From NCBI GenBank assembly GCA_002168225.1, contig NHBH01000009.1, forward strand, positions 785,115 to 849,114: DNA of 64,000 nucleotides, written 5' to 3'. A model generated the notes under the pieces. That model saw only the letters and a list, made by a program, of their open reading frames with translations. It ran no database searches and had not been told where the DNA came from. Shown one piece after another: positions 18,809 to 28,999 of the stretch (position 1 is its first letter; the number at the start of each line of letters is the position of its first letter). The position numbers and the translations under genes are program-made. Source of the DNA: Micavibrio sp. TMED2 (GTDB lineage Bacteria; Pseudomonadota; Alphaproteobacteria; TMED2).

Positions 18809-19942
18809 TCAGGATTTGTGTGATGTCTCATAAACCCGGCGATAGCGCTTGCCAAGGCTCGTGAGGATTTCATAGCTGATTGTCTGGTGATCGGTGGCGA
18901 CATCGTCGAGCGGACGGTTGGGGCCGATGATTTCGACATAATCGCCGGGACGACAGGCCTCGGTGGCAATATCGGTGACATCGATGCCGGTCATGTCCAT
19001 GGAAATGCGGCCAATGATCGGTGCGTTCAGATCGCCGAAGGCCACACGTCCCTTGCCACTGCCGGTGCGCAGAAAGCCATCGGCATAACCGAGGCCGAGG
19101 GTGGCGATCCGGCTGGGGCGTTTCGCGGTCCATGTGGCGCTGTACCCCACATGGGTACCGGCGGGCACATCGCGGACCTGCAAGACGCGGGCGGAGAGCT
19201 GGACCACGGGGCTCATCGGGTTGCTGAGATGCGGGGTCGGGTTGCCGCCATAAAGCGCGATGCCCGGGCGTACCATGTTGTAGAGATAATTACTGCCAAG
19301 GAAGATCCCGGCGGAGTTGGCGAAACAGGCCTTGGCATTCGGTTCCAGCGGTTCCAGCAGGGCCAGCGCATTGCGGAAATTGTCGAGCTGCTGCAGATTC
19401 TGTTCACTGTCATGAACATCGGCAGAGGCCAGATGGCTCATGATGAACTTGACGGTGAAGCCCTTGAAGGCATCCTGATCGCCAGCGAGCTTTTCCACGT
19501 CTTCCGGCATCATGCCGAGCCGGGACATGCCGGTATCCAGCTGTATGATCGCGGGCAGTTTGCGCCCGGCGGCGCGGGAGGCGGAGGACCAGCAGGCAAA
19601 ATCGGCAGGATCATTCAGTACCGGCACCAGCTTATTGCTGATCAACTCGACCTCGGTGCCGCGCAGATAGTTGCTCAAGACCGCGATTTCTGCCTCGGGC
19701 AGTATTCGGCGCAGTTCGATGGCTTCATCGACCGTGGCGACGAAGAACCAGCGGCAGCCATTGTCCCATAACACTGGTGCTACCTTGCCGATACCGAGGC
19801 CATAGGCATCGGCCTTCACCACGCCAGCGCAGATCGCGGGTTCTACGCGATCCCGGAGCTTCCGGTAATTTGCAGCGATGGCGTCGAGATTGATCCGCAG
19901 AATGGCATTGCTGTTGAGCGAGGTAGGCTGGGCGGCATCCAT
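18809..19942 (-). CDS. alr: Alanine racemase
   Basis: PLP-lysine motif VVKADAYGLG. Full-length 377 aa. Confidence 0.9.
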   Translation of the reverse strand: MDAAQPTSLNSNAILRINLDAIAANYRKLRDRVEPAICAGVVKADAYGLGIGKVAPVLWDNGCRWFFVATVDEAIELRRILPEAEIAVLSNYLRGTEVELISNKLVPVLNDPADFACWSSASRAAGRKLPAIIQLDTGMSRLGMMPEDVEKLAGDQDAFKGFTVKFIMSHLASADVHDSEQNLQQLDNFRNALALLEPLEPNAKACFANSAGIFLGSNYLYNMVRPGIALYGGNPTPHLSNPMSPVVQLSARVLQVRDVPAGTHVGYSATWTAKRPSRIATLGLGYADGFLRTGSGKGRVAFGDLNAPIIGRISMDMTGIDVTDIATEACRPGDYVEIIGPNRPLDDVATDHQTISYEILTSLGKRYRRVYETSHKS

Positions 19943-19984
19943 GGGCGAGCAGTTCCAATCGGGGCATTCGGGATGCCCACAAAG

Positions 19985-21496
19985 CTAGTCGTCCATATGG
20001 TAATTGTCGAGGTCGTCAAAGCGGGTGAACTCGTCGATGAAGGCCAGCATCGGGTTGCCGATCGGACCGTGACGCTGCTTGGCAATCACCACCTCAGCCT
20101 TGCCTTCCATGAGTTGCGCGCGTTCCGACCATGCCGCGAAACGCTCGTTATAACGGTCCTGACTCTCATCCGGGCGCTGTGCCGGTTCTGCCCGTTGCAG
20201 GTAATAGGACTCGCGGAATACGAACATGACCACGTCCGCATCCTGCTCGATCGAGCCCGATTCCCGCAGATCGGCCAGTTGCGGGCGCTTGTCTTCACGC
20301 TGCTCGACGGCACGCGAGAGCTGTGACAGGGCGACGACCGGAACATGCAGTTCCTTGGCGAGTGCCTTCAGGCCGCGGGTGATTTCGGAGATTTCCTGCA
20401 CCCGGTTTTCGGATGAGCTTGCAGAACCGCGCAGCAGCTGCAGGTAGTCGATGACGATCATGCCAATGCCCTTGGTCCGCTGCAGGCGGCGCGAGCGCTG
20501 GCGGACCTGACCGATGGTAAGGGCAGGCGTGTCGTCGATATAGAGGCCGGTATTCTGCAGATCGCGGCTGGCCTCGATAAAGGTCGGGATGTCGCGGTCG
20601 GTCAACTCGCCACGTCTGATCTTGTGTGACGGAATGCTGGTAACATCGGCCAGAATACGACCGGCGAGCTGATCGGCGGACATCTCGAGTGAGAAGATCA
20701 GGACCGGAGCACCGGCCTCGCCATTGCTCTTGTCGAACTCCCGTGCGGCGCGGAAGGCCATATTGGTGGCGAGCGCGGTTTTACCCATCGAGGGGCGACC
20801 GGCGAGGATGATCAGGTCAGAAGGGTGGAAACCACCCATTTTGGCATCCAGTGTCTTGAAGCCGGTGGTGACCCCGGTAATGCCGCCACCATGCTGATAG
20901 GCCTTCTCCGCAGCATCAATCGCCACGGTCATGGCCTCGACGAGCGAGACGCTGCCACGGTCGGTATCACCGGTGGTGGCGAGATTGAACAGCTGGGTTT
21001 CAACCTCGCCGAGCTGTGCTTTCGCGCTGTCTTCAAGGCTGGCCTTCGCCGCCTTGGTCGCCATGTCGTGACCGAGTTCGATCAGGCGGCGGCGCAGATA
21101 CAGATCGGCAATCGCATTGGCGTAATCGACCACGGCGCCACCGGTGATGGCATTGGCGGCAATCTCTGCCAGATAGCCGCCGCCACCGACCTCGGCCAAA
21201 TCCGCATCCTGATCGAAATAGGTGCGGAGCGTGCGCGGATCGGCGACCTGACCCTGCTGGATCAGGCGCTGGATCGCTTCAAAAATCCGACCATGGGCCG
21301 GCACATAGAAATATTCCGGCTTCAGCTTGTCATCGAGCCGGTCGAGCAGCCGGTTTTCATACAGCAAAGCGCCCAGCAGGCCCTGTTCCGCCTCGATATT
21401 GGAGGGCGGCACGGAACGCTGGACATCGCCTTGCGTGCTGGGATCATTGGCGGCGATCACGTCGCCGGAACCGGGATATAGGGGAGCCTGTTGCAT
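19985..21496 (-). CDS. dnaB: Replicative DNA helicase DnaB
   Basis: N-terminal PPSNIEAEQGLLGALL motif, Walker A GRPSMGKT, RecA-like helicase core. No intein. First ATG at 21496 chosen; the ORF-track start is an upstream TTG. Confidence 0.9.
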   Translation of the reverse strand: MQQAPLYPGSGDVIAANDPSTQGDVQRSVPPSNIEAEQGLLGALLYENRLLDRLDDKLKPEYFYVPAHGRIFEAIQRLIQQGQVADPRTLRTYFDQDADLAEVGGGGYLAEIAANAITGGAVVDYANAIADLYLRRRLIELGHDMATKAAKASLEDSAKAQLGEVETQLFNLATTGDTDRGSVSLVEAMTVAIDAAEKAYQHGGGITGVTTGFKTLDAKMGGFHPSDLIILAGRPSMGKTALATNMAFRAAREFDKSNGEAGAPVLIFSLEMSADQLAGRILADVTSIPSHKIRRGELTDRDIPTFIEASRDLQNTGLYIDDTPALTIGQVRQRSRRLQRTKGIGMIVIDYLQLLRGSASSSENRVQEISEITRGLKALAKELHVPVVALSQLSRAVEQREDKRPQLADLRESGSIEQDADVVMFVFRESYYLQRAEPAQRPDESQDRYNERFAAWSERAQLMEGKAEVVIAKQRHGPIGNPMLAFIDEFTRFDDLDNYHMDD

Positions 21497-21620
21497 GGGC
21501 GACAAGCTACCGATAGTTGGGGACGACAGCCAGCGGGAAAAAAGCAAACGGCCGGTGAAAACACCGGCCGTTTATTCACAGGCTGTGAATCACGGTAACA
21601 AGCGTGACCCTTGCCAACCC

Positions 21621-22250
21621 TTATGCGGTAACTTCTTCGCTCTCTTCAGCGGTTTCAGCGTCAGCAGCTTCGGCCAGTGCTTCCGCATCGGCTTCGTCGA
21701 CTTCCTCAATCTCGCTGTTTTTCAGCTCTTCCTCGCTGACCAGATCGCCTTCCTCGTTACGGACGAGGGCACCACCGGTTTCGCGCTGGATTTTCGCTTC
21801 GTCGGCAGAACGGGCGATGTTCACAGAGACGGTCACGCTGACTTCGGAGTGAAGGGAAACGCGAACGTCGAACAGGCCCAGCGTCTTGATGGCGAGGTTG
21901 AGAACAACCTGCCCGCGACCGACCTTGAAGCCGGCGTCGTTGAGGGCGTCGGCAACGTCACGGGCGGTGACGGAACCATAAAGCTGACCGGCTTCACCAG
22001 CCTGGCGGATCAGGACAACTTCCTGACCGTCCATGCTCTTGGCGACGGCTTCAGCTTCCTGACGACGCTTCAGGTTGCGTGCTTCCAGCTCTTTCTTCTG
22101 TGTTTCGAAGAGAGCGAGGTTGTCTTTGTTGGCCCGCAGCGCAATGCCTTTAGGCAACAGGAAATTGCGGGCATAGCCCGGCTTTACTTTAACGACATCG
22201 CCCATCTGGCCCAGATGTTCGACGCGCTCTAACAGGATAACGTCAAGCAT
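21621..22250 (-). CDS. rplI: 50S ribosomal protein L9 with an acidic C-terminal extension
   Basis: [36 protein letters not shown]-terminus. Start at ATG 22250 with a GGAGAAG RBS. E/D-rich tail of about 50 aa. Confidence 0.9.
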   Translation of the reverse strand: MLDVILLERVEHLGQMGDVVKVKPGYARNFLLPKGIALRANKDNLALFETQKKELEARNLKRRQEAEAVAKSMDGQEVVLIRQAGEAGQLYGSVTARDVADALNDAGFKVGRGQVVLNLAIKTLGLFDVRVSLHSEVSVTVSVNIARSADEAKIQRETGGALVRNEEGDLVSEEELKNSEIEEVDEADAEALAEAADAETAEESEEVTA

Positions 22251-23304
22251 ATTTCTTCTCCAACTTAGGCCCCAGCTTGGCAATAAACCATTCGCGCATC
22301 TGCAGGGGCGCATCCAAAAAACCCAAAATTGCAATGATGGCCAGCGAACCGAAAGTCGCGGTAAGCGTAACCACCAGATAAATCATCCAGCGAAGGAACC
22401 AGCCATATTTGATCTGTCTGGTTATATCGCCAATAACGCCAAAGCCGGCAATAACAGCGGGTATCGCCAGTATCATGGCGATATTCAGGGTAATGAACCT
22501 GATATCACCGATGGTCTGGCTGGCAATGATGCCGAACAGTGCCGTGATGATCACGTACCATACCGGCAAGGCTGCCTGTCCCAGTCTTACAGTTGGCTGA
22601 ACGGTCATCTGGATGAACCGGATAGAGGCCATGGCAAACTTAAGGGATGCCAATATCCAGATGCTGAACACCACGGTCACATAAGTCGGTGCGTATTGTG
22701 CTGCATTCATCAGCATCGACATTATCTGACGCTGGCCTTCGGTTGCCGGAGCGCTGTCGATTTCACCGAACAGAAACTCGTTCATGAAGCCGATGCTGTA
22801 TTCACCTAATACAAGCTCCGAGACGACAAATGCAGTGCCATAAACCCCGATAAAGGACATCAGTGTGATGCCATTCCTCAATCGGCCATGGGCTACATCC
22901 GGCCATAAAAACCACTGTAAGCTGTTACTACTCTCTTTTCTCTCCTCTGTTTTGTCTGGCCAGAGCCGCCGGTCCTGCAATCCGATAAACAGCGCGATTG
23001 GAATGAAAATTCCGCATGTCGCCGTTATCAGGCTTGGCAGGTCCAGATAGAACAGGCCGCCGACAAAAACTGTCAAAAAGCCAACCAACAGGCTGTCAAA
23101 ACCATAGATAAAGCCAAGCAGACCAAAAATCAGGGGCACCGTATAAAAGAATGGCAAGCCAATGATTGTAGTTACCTGAGCCGCCCAGATGCAGGCGGTG
23201 GCAATCATGCCAAAACAAATTCCGGCGATGATCTTCTGCCGCCAGCTTTTGTTGCCCGGGATAACCTCGGTTCTGCCTGTTTCGTCAATATCACTGTCAG
23301 TCAT
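22243..23304 (-). CDS. DUF2232-like polytopic membrane protein, conserved between rpsR and rplI
   Basis: Ten or more predicted TM helices. Position in the rpsF-rpsR-X-rplI cluster is typical. 8-nt overlap with the rplI start. Confidence 0.7.
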   Translation of the reverse strand: MTDSDIDETGRTEVIPGNKSWRQKIIAGICFGMIATACIWAAQVTTIIGLPFFYTVPLIFGLLGFIYGFDSLLVGFLTVFVGGLFYLDLPSLITATCGIFIPIALFIGLQDRRLWPDKTEERKESSNSLQWFLWPDVAHGRLRNGITLMSFIGVYGTAFVVSELVLGEYSIGFMNEFLFGEIDSAPATEGQRQIMSMLMNAAQYAPTYVTVVFSIWILASLKFAMASIRFIQMTVQPTVRLGQAALPVWYVIITALFGIIASQTIGDIRFITLNIAMILAIPAVIAGFGVIGDITRQIKYGWFLRWMIYLVVTLTATFGSLAIIAILGFLDAPLQMREWFIAKLGPKLEKKYA

Positions 23305-23379
23305 GACGAAACCCGTCAGTTCCAAACCGGCCGGTTACGCGCCCGGATCGGGGCGCATAACTGGTCGCTTAAAAAATCC

Positions 23380-23625
23380 TTATGACTTCACGACATAAGG
23401 CAGCAATGACAGGAAGCGTGCACGCTTGATCGCCTTGGACAGTTCACGCTGTTTCTTTGCAGAAACGGCAGTGATCCGGCTTGGAACAATCTTGCCACGC
23501 TCGGAGATATAGCGAGACAGCAGGCGAACGTCTTTATAGTCGATCGCCGGAGCGCCTTCACCAGAGAATGGGCAAGTCTTGCGACGCCGGAAAAATGGAC
23601 GGCGTGCTGAACGTACGTTGCTCAT
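23380..23625 (-). CDS. rpsR: 30S ribosomal protein S18
   Basis: RRKTCPF...IDYKDV...[11 protein letters not shown] signature. ATGA overlap with the rpsF stop. Confidence 0.92.
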   Translation of the reverse strand: MSNVRSARRPFFRRRKTCPFSGEGAPAIDYKDVRLLSRYISERGKIVPSRITAVSAKKQRELSKAIKRARFLSLLPYVVKS

Positions 23626-24095
23626 GCGTCATCTCCTACGGTTTCGGTTTCGTTGTTATCGGAAGAGTCTTCGTTACGTGGGCGGCGGCTGCCACGATCA
23701 CCACGATCGTTGCGGTCACCACGATCACCACGCTCGCCACGGCCACCGGGACGCTCACTGCGCTCACCGCGGTCACGCTGCTGCAGAACAGCAGATGGCT
23801 CGCTGTCGAGCTCTTCAACGCGAATGCTCATGTAACGGATAACGTCTTCGTTGAAACGCAGGGAACGCTCCATTTCCGCAAGAGCGGCTGGAGGGGCGTC
23901 GATGCCTAGCATCACATAATGCCCTTTGCGGTTCTTTTGAATCCGGTAAGACAAAGCGCGCAGACCCCAGTTTTCGGTCTTGACGACTTTGCCGCTATTT
24001 TCAGTCAAAATGCTGGTCAGGCTTTCGGTGATCGCATCAACCTGCGCTGCCGAAACGTCCTGCCGTGCAATAAACACGGTTTCGTATAAAGCCAC
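23622..24095 (-). CDS. rpsF: 30S ribosomal protein S6 with an Arg/Asp-rich (RGD-repeat) C-terminal tail
   Basis: [14 protein letters not shown]-terminus with a GTG start. C-terminal [29 protein letters not shown]. Confidence 0.9.
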   Translation of the reverse strand: MALYETVFIARQDVSAAQVDAITESLTSILTENSGKVVKTENWGLRALSYRIQKNRKGHYVMLGIDAPPAALAEMERSLRFNEDVIRYMSIRVEELDSEPSAVLQQRDRGERSERPGGRGERGDRGDRNDRGDRGSRRPRNEDSSDNNETETVGDDA

Positions 24096-24338
24096 TGCAA
24101 TGTGCTCCTTCTGGCTGTTGAGTGATCTGGCGCCACTTCCAAAAACGCTGAATAATCAGTGTTTTGGCTTGGCCGCCCAGATCTAGCCGATATCAAAAGC
24201 GATACCGGCAAGGAGGTATCCCCATATGGCGGGGATGGCGCAATATAGCCAGAACGCGCACAAACTCAAGCCCAGTTTGGAAAGCCCGGTCGCTGAACAC
24301 AGGGGAACAGCCTTGCAGTACCGCTGTCCCGCGATTGC

Positions 24339-24366
24339 TTGACAACGGGCCGATGGTGTTTATCCA
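24339..24366 (+). promoter_or_regulatory. Candidate sigma-70-type promoter for the fabD-fabG-acpP-fabF operon
   Basis: TTGACA (24339-24344), 16-17 nt spacer, TATCCA (24361-24366), about 80 bp upstream of the fabD ATG. Sequence-only guess. Confidence 0.3.
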
Positions 24367-24444
24367 TGCGCGCCCAACAGGACAACAAGCACATCAATGT
24401 GCGAACACGGACACCAACAGCGAAACACGAGAGTGACAGCAGTC

Positions 24445-25392
24445 ATGACCAAACTTGCGTTTGTATTCCCCGGACAGGGCAGCCAGAAGCCGGGCATGGG
24501 GCAGGAACTGGCCGAGGCATTCGGCGTCGCACGCGAAGTCTTTGAAGCCGTGGATGACGCGCTGGATCAGCATCTGAGCCGCCTGATGTTCAATGGCCCG
24601 GCCGAGGAACTGACCCTGACCGCCAATGCGCAACCGGCCCTGATGGCCGTCAGCCTCGCCGTAACCGAGGTGCTGCGCCGGGAAATGGGTATCGATATCT
24701 GTTCAAAGGCCAGCCTGGTCGCTGGGCATTCGCTGGGTGAGTACAGCGCTGCCGCTGCTGTCGGTGTCTTTGACATTGGCCAGACGGCAAAACTGCTCCG
24801 TCTGCGCGGTGAGACCATGCAGGCCGCCGTACCACCGGGCGAGGGGGCCATGGCTGCCATTCTTGGGCTTGAGCTTGATGCCGTGACCGATCTGGTCAGT
24901 GAGGCAAGCGGTGATGATGTCCTTGCCGTGGCCAATGACAATGCGCCGGGGCAGGTGGTGGTCAGCGGTCATGTGGCTGCTGTCGACCGGGCGATTGCGC
25001 TTGCCAAGGATAAAGGTGCCAAGCGTGCGCTGCCATTGCCGGTCAGTGCGCCATTCCATTGTCGCCTGATGGCCCCGGCAGCCGATGCCATGGCCAATGC
25101 GCTGGCCCAGATCGACCTCAAGCCCGCTTCGGTGCCGATGGTCTCCAATGTGATCGCCGAGCCGGTCTCTGCACCATCCGATCTACGCCGTGTCCTTGTG
25201 GATCAGGTCACCGGTACCGTGCGCTGGCGCGGTTGCGTTGATTATATGGCGGCGCAGGAGGTTGAGGCGATCTATGAACTCGGTGCCGGCAATGTGCTGT
25301 CGGGTCTGGTCAAACGCATCAACCGCGATATCAAAACCGGTAATGTCGGCACGCCGGGTGAGCTCGAAGAACTCGCCAAGCTGCTCGCCTGA
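24445..25392 (+). CDS. fabD: Malonyl-CoA:ACP transacylase
   Basis: FVFPGQGSQ and active-site GHSLGEY motifs. Confidence 0.92.
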   Translation: MTKLAFVFPGQGSQKPGMGQELAEAFGVAREVFEAVDDALDQHLSRLMFNGPAEELTLTANAQPALMAVSLAVTEVLRREMGIDICSKASLVAGHSLGEYSAAAAVGVFDIGQTAKLLRLRGETMQAAVPPGEGAMAAILGLELDAVTDLVSEASGDDVLAVANDNAPGQVVVSGHVAAVDRAIALAKDKGAKRALPLPVSAPFHCRLMAPAADAMANALAQIDLKPASVPMVSNVIAEPVSAPSDLRRVLVDQVTGTVRWRGCVDYMAAQEVEAIYELGAGNVLSGLVKRINRDIKTGNVGTPGELEELAKLLA

Positions 25393-25430
25393 TCCGGTCT
25401 TTCATTCATTACAGTTGGGATAGGTAATCC

Positions 25431-26171
25431 ATGTTCAGTCTTGATGGCAAAACAGCACTCGTCACCGGCGCTTCCGGTGGTCTCGGTCAGTCCATTGCGA
25501 AAAGCCTCCATGCCAATGGCGCCCATGTCATTCTGAGCGGTACCCGTGAAGCGGTGCTGAATGAGGTCGCACAGGAAATCGGTGGCGACCGGGTACATGT
25601 GGTGACCGCCAATCTCGGTGACGCCGAAGGGATCGAGAAGCTCGCCAAGGATGCCGAAGCGGTGACCGGTCAGGTCGATATTCTGGTCAACAACGCCGGT
25701 ATCACCCGTGATCAACTGGCCATGCGCATGAAGGCAGAGGACTGGCAATCGGTTCTCGACGTCAATCTGACGGCACCTTTCAGCCTCGCCCGGGCCATGC
25801 TGCGCGGCATGATGAAACGCCGCTGGGGCCGAATCATCGGCATTACTTCTGTCGTTGGCGTGACCGGCAACCCCGGCCAGACCAACTATGCCGCCGCCAA
25901 GGCCGGTATGATCGGTATGACCAAATCGCTGGCGCAGGAGATTGCCAGCCGGGGTATTACCGTCAACTGTGTTGCCCCCGGTTTTATCCAGACCGCCATG
26001 ACCGATGCTTTGGATGACAAGCAGCGCGAAACCATGCTAGGCCGCATTCCTACAGGGACTTTCGGTGCGCCGGATGACATCGCCTCGGCTGTTGCCTACC
26101 TCGCGTCACCGGAAGCGGGTTACGTGACCGGGCAGACCCTGCACGTCAATGGTGGCATGGCCATGATTTAA
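25431..26171 (+). CDS. fabG: 3-oxoacyl-ACP reductase
   Basis: TGASGGLG, NNAG, YAAAKAG motifs. Confidence 0.92.
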   Translation: MFSLDGKTALVTGASGGLGQSIAKSLHANGAHVILSGTREAVLNEVAQEIGGDRVHVVTANLGDAEGIEKLAKDAEAVTGQVDILVNNAGITRDQLAMRMKAEDWQSVLDVNLTAPFSLARAMLRGMMKRRWGRIIGITSVVGVTGNPGQTNYAAAKAGMIGMTKSLAQEIASRGITVNCVAPGFIQTAMTDALDDKQRETMLGRIPTGTFGAPDDIASAVAYLASPEAGYVTGQTLHVNGGMAMI

Positions 26172-26321
26172 CCGTATCGGGACGGTACTTTCCCGAACAG
26201 TCTTGGCGCGTGTCCAACAATCATGCTAAGGGACCGCGTTATTTTGCAATCGGCAGTTTCGTATGAGCTGCCTCCACTGTCCGTTTCGAGACAATTCTGA
26301 CTAGTAGAAGGACCTATAGCG

Positions 26322-26561
26322 ATGGCCGATATTGCCGAACGCGTTAAGAAGATCGTTGTTGAACACCTCGGTGTTGAGGAAGACAAAGTAAGTGAAAACG
26401 CCAGCTTCATTGATGATCTTGGCGCAGACAGCCTTGATACCGTTGAGCTGGTCATGGCGTTTGAAGAAGAGTTCGGTGTCGAGATCCCCGACGATGCGGC
26501 AGAAAAAATTCTGACCGTCGGCGATGCTGTCGAGTTCATCAAAGCCAACTCTGATTCCTAA
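26322..26561 (+). CDS. acpP: Acyl carrier protein
   Basis: [19 protein letters not shown] phosphopantetheine-attachment motif. Confidence 0.95.
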   Translation: MADIAERVKKIVVEHLGVEEDKVSENASFIDDLGADSLDTVELVMAFEEEFGVEIPDDAAEKILTVGDAVEFIKANSDS

Positions 26562-26640
26562 GCTTTGGGAACTGGTCTGGGTGTAAGCCCGGACCGGGCC
26601 CTGCTTGGACCTGCATGTAAATCTCAGGGAATTGATCGTT

Positions 26641-27906
26641 ATGCGACGCGTCGTGGTAACTGGACTTGGCATGGTGTCACCGCTTGGTGGCTCTGTTGTC
26701 TCCAGCTGGGACCGCCTGATTGCCGGTAATTCCGGTATCCGGCCTATTGATAGCTTTGATGCCAGCGACCTGCCGTGCCGGATTGCCGGTACCGTGCCTG
26801 ATGTGTCCGAGGGCGATCACGGCTTCGATCCCGATGCTGCCATGGCAGCCAAGGACCGTCGCAAAAATGACCGTTTCATCGTGCTCGCCATGGCGGCAGC
26901 CGATGAGGCGGTAAAAGACTCCGGCTGGTTGCCGGAGGATGATGAGGACAAGGACCGTACCGGCGTCATGATCGGTTCCGGTATCGGTGGTCTCGGTACC
27001 ATCGACGAGAGTTCCCGCATCATGGACACCAAGGGACCGCGCCGTCTGTCGCCGTTCTTTATCCCGGCCTGTCTGATCAATCTGGCGTCCGGTCAGGTAT
27101 CCATCCGCTACGGTTTCCGTGGCCCGAACCATTCTGTCGTAACCGCCTGTGCAACCGGTGCCCACGCCATTGGTGATGCGGCCCGGATGATTGCGCTCGA
27201 CGATGCCGATGTGATGGTTGCCGGTGGTGCAGAAGCCGCGGTGAACCGCCTCGGCATTGCCGGTTTCGCCGCTTGCCGTGCCCTGTCCACCAGCTACAAC
27301 GACACGCCGGAACAGGCTTCGCGTCCGTTTGACAAGGGCCGCGATGGCTTTGTCATGGGGGAGGGCGCCGGTGTCGTCGTCTTGGAAGAATATGAGCACG
27401 CGAAAAAGCGCGGTGCCAAAATCTATGCCGAGGTTGTCGGCTACGGCATGTCCGGTGACGCCCACCATGTGACGGCACCAGCCGAGGATGGCAATGGCGG
27501 TTACCGCGCCATGAAGGCCGCGCTCAAGCGTGCCGGTCTGAACTCTTCTGACGTTGATTACGTCAATGCGCACGGCACCTCGACTCCGCTCGGTGATGAA
27601 ATCGAGATCAACGCGGTTCGTCGCCTGCTTGGCAATGACTATGACCATGTGAGCATCTCTTCGACCAAATCAGCCATCGGTCACCTGCTTGGTGCTGCCG
27701 GTGCGGTTGAGGCAATCTTCTCGGTCCTCGCGATCCGGGATCAGGTGGCACCGCCGACCCTGAACCTCAAGGACCCGTCAGACGGTCTTGCCGGGATTGA
27801 TCTGGTGCCTCTGAAGGCAAAAGAGCGTAAGATTGATGTGGCGCTGTCCAACAGCTTCGGCTTCGGCGGCACCAATGCCAGCCTGATCTTCAAAGCCGCC
27901 AGCTGA
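26641..27906 (+). CDS. fabF: 3-oxoacyl-ACP synthase II
   Basis: Active-site ACATG, HGTSTPLGD and GHLLGAAG motifs. Confidence 0.92.
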   Translation: MRRVVVTGLGMVSPLGGSVVSSWDRLIAGNSGIRPIDSFDASDLPCRIAGTVPDVSEGDHGFDPDAAMAAKDRRKNDRFIVLAMAAADEAVKDSGWLPEDDEDKDRTGVMIGSGIGGLGTIDESSRIMDTKGPRRLSPFFIPACLINLASGQVSIRYGFRGPNHSVVTACATGAHAIGDAARMIALDDADVMVAGGAEAAVNRLGIAGFAACRALSTSYNDTPEQASRPFDKGRDGFVMGEGAGVVVLEEYEHAKKRGAKIYAEVVGYGMSGDAHHVTAPAEDGNGGYRAMKAALKRAGLNSSDVDYVNAHGTSTPLGDEIEINAVRRLLGNDYDHVSISSTKSAIGHLLGAAGAVEAIFSVLAIRDQVAPPTLNLKDPSDGLAGIDLVPLKAKERKIDVALSNSFGFGGTNASLIFKAAS

Positions 27907-27934
27907 TCACTGGACACACTATCCGAGCCTTCTG

Positions 27935-28996
27935 ATGACCGACACGGATCAAACGACAACGCCGGAAGTGCCAGAACCCGAAACCACTGAAACGCCACGG
28001 CCGCGCAAGTCACGGCTATGGCGTTTTGTGATTCTGGGCTTTGCCGTGGTGGCGATTGTTGTCGCCTCGGTCATTGCCGGCAGCTTTGCCTGGATCAACG
28101 CTTGGGCCTTCCGCGCCGGGCCGCTCAGCCAGCAGACGACCGTTGTTATCAAATCCGGACAGGGACTGTCCTCGATTGCCGAAAGCCTGCAGGCTGCCGG
28201 GGTAATCGAGCATCCGCAGCGTCTGGTGCTCTGGGCCCGGCTCAACGATATGGGCCGCAACCTCAAGGCCGGTGAGTACAGTTTCAGCCCCGGCACCAGC
28301 CCGCGCGGTGCGCTGGCGCTGCTGGAGGAAGGCGATGTGGTTATCTATCAGCAGCGCATTCCCGAGGGTCTGACCAACCGTGAGGTTTTCGACCGGCTGG
28401 AAGCTGATGACCGGTTGAGTGGCGAGATCACTGCCCCGCCAGCGGAAGGCTGGCTCTTGCCCGAGACCTATAACTACCAGCGTGATGATGATCGGCAGGA
28501 ACTGGTCTCACGCATGGAACAGGCCATGCGTAACACCCTTGATGCGTTGTGGGACAGCCGCGTCGAGGGCTTGCCGTTCAACACCAAGGAAGAGGCGCTA
28601 GCACTGGCTTCCATCGTGGAGAAGGAAACCGGCCTCGATGCCGAGCGGGCCAAGGTTGCCGCTGTCTTCGTCAATCGCCTGAAGCGCGGTATGAAACTGC
28701 AATCGGACCCGACCGTGATCTATGCCCTGACCGACGGGCAGCAGCCGCTGGGTCGAATGCTGACCCGCGCCGACTGGAAGTTCGATCACCCTTATAACAC
28801 CTACCGGATTGCCGGACTGCCGCCGGGACCGATTGCCAATCCGGGTCGGGCGTCGATTGAGGCCGTGCTTAATCCCGACAGCCATAATTACATCTTCTTC
28901 GTCGCCGATGGCAGCGGTGGTCACGCCTTTGCCGTCACCTATGACGAGCATAAACGGAACATCGCGCGGGCCAGGGCTGCGCGGAACGGAAACTGA
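27935..28996 (+). CDS. mltG: Endolytic murein transglycosylase MltG (YceG-like)
   Basis: N-terminal TM anchor, YceG-like domain, conserved position after fabF. Confidence 0.85.
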   Translation: MTDTDQTTTPEVPEPETTETPRPRKSRLWRFVILGFAVVAIVVASVIAGSFAWINAWAFRAGPLSQQTTVVIKSGQGLSSIAESLQAAGVIEHPQRLVLWARLNDMGRNLKAGEYSFSPGTSPRGALALLEEGDVVIYQQRIPEGLTNREVFDRLEADDRLSGEITAPPAEGWLLPETYNYQRDDDRQELVSRMEQAMRNTLDALWDSRVEGLPFNTKEEALALASIVEKETGLDAERAKVAAVFVNRLKRGMKLQSDPTVIYALTDGQQPLGRMLTRADWKFDHPYNTYRIAGLPPGPIANPGRASIEAVLNPDSHNYIFFVADGSGGHAFAVTYDEHKRNIARARAARNGN

Positions 28997-28999
28997 CCC

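Noticed and set aside
24164-24436. 90-aa Arg-rich ORF between rpsF and fabD
   Set aside because: It lies over the divergent promoter / 5'-UTR region, which may hold the rpsF S6:S18 autoregulatory leader. There is no RBS and the composition is that of non-coding DNA read in frame.
26562-26640. GCCCGGACCGGGC hairpin between acpP and fabF as a terminator or attenuator
   Set aside because: The stem is effectively 4-5 bp with no T-tract. It is too weak to call.
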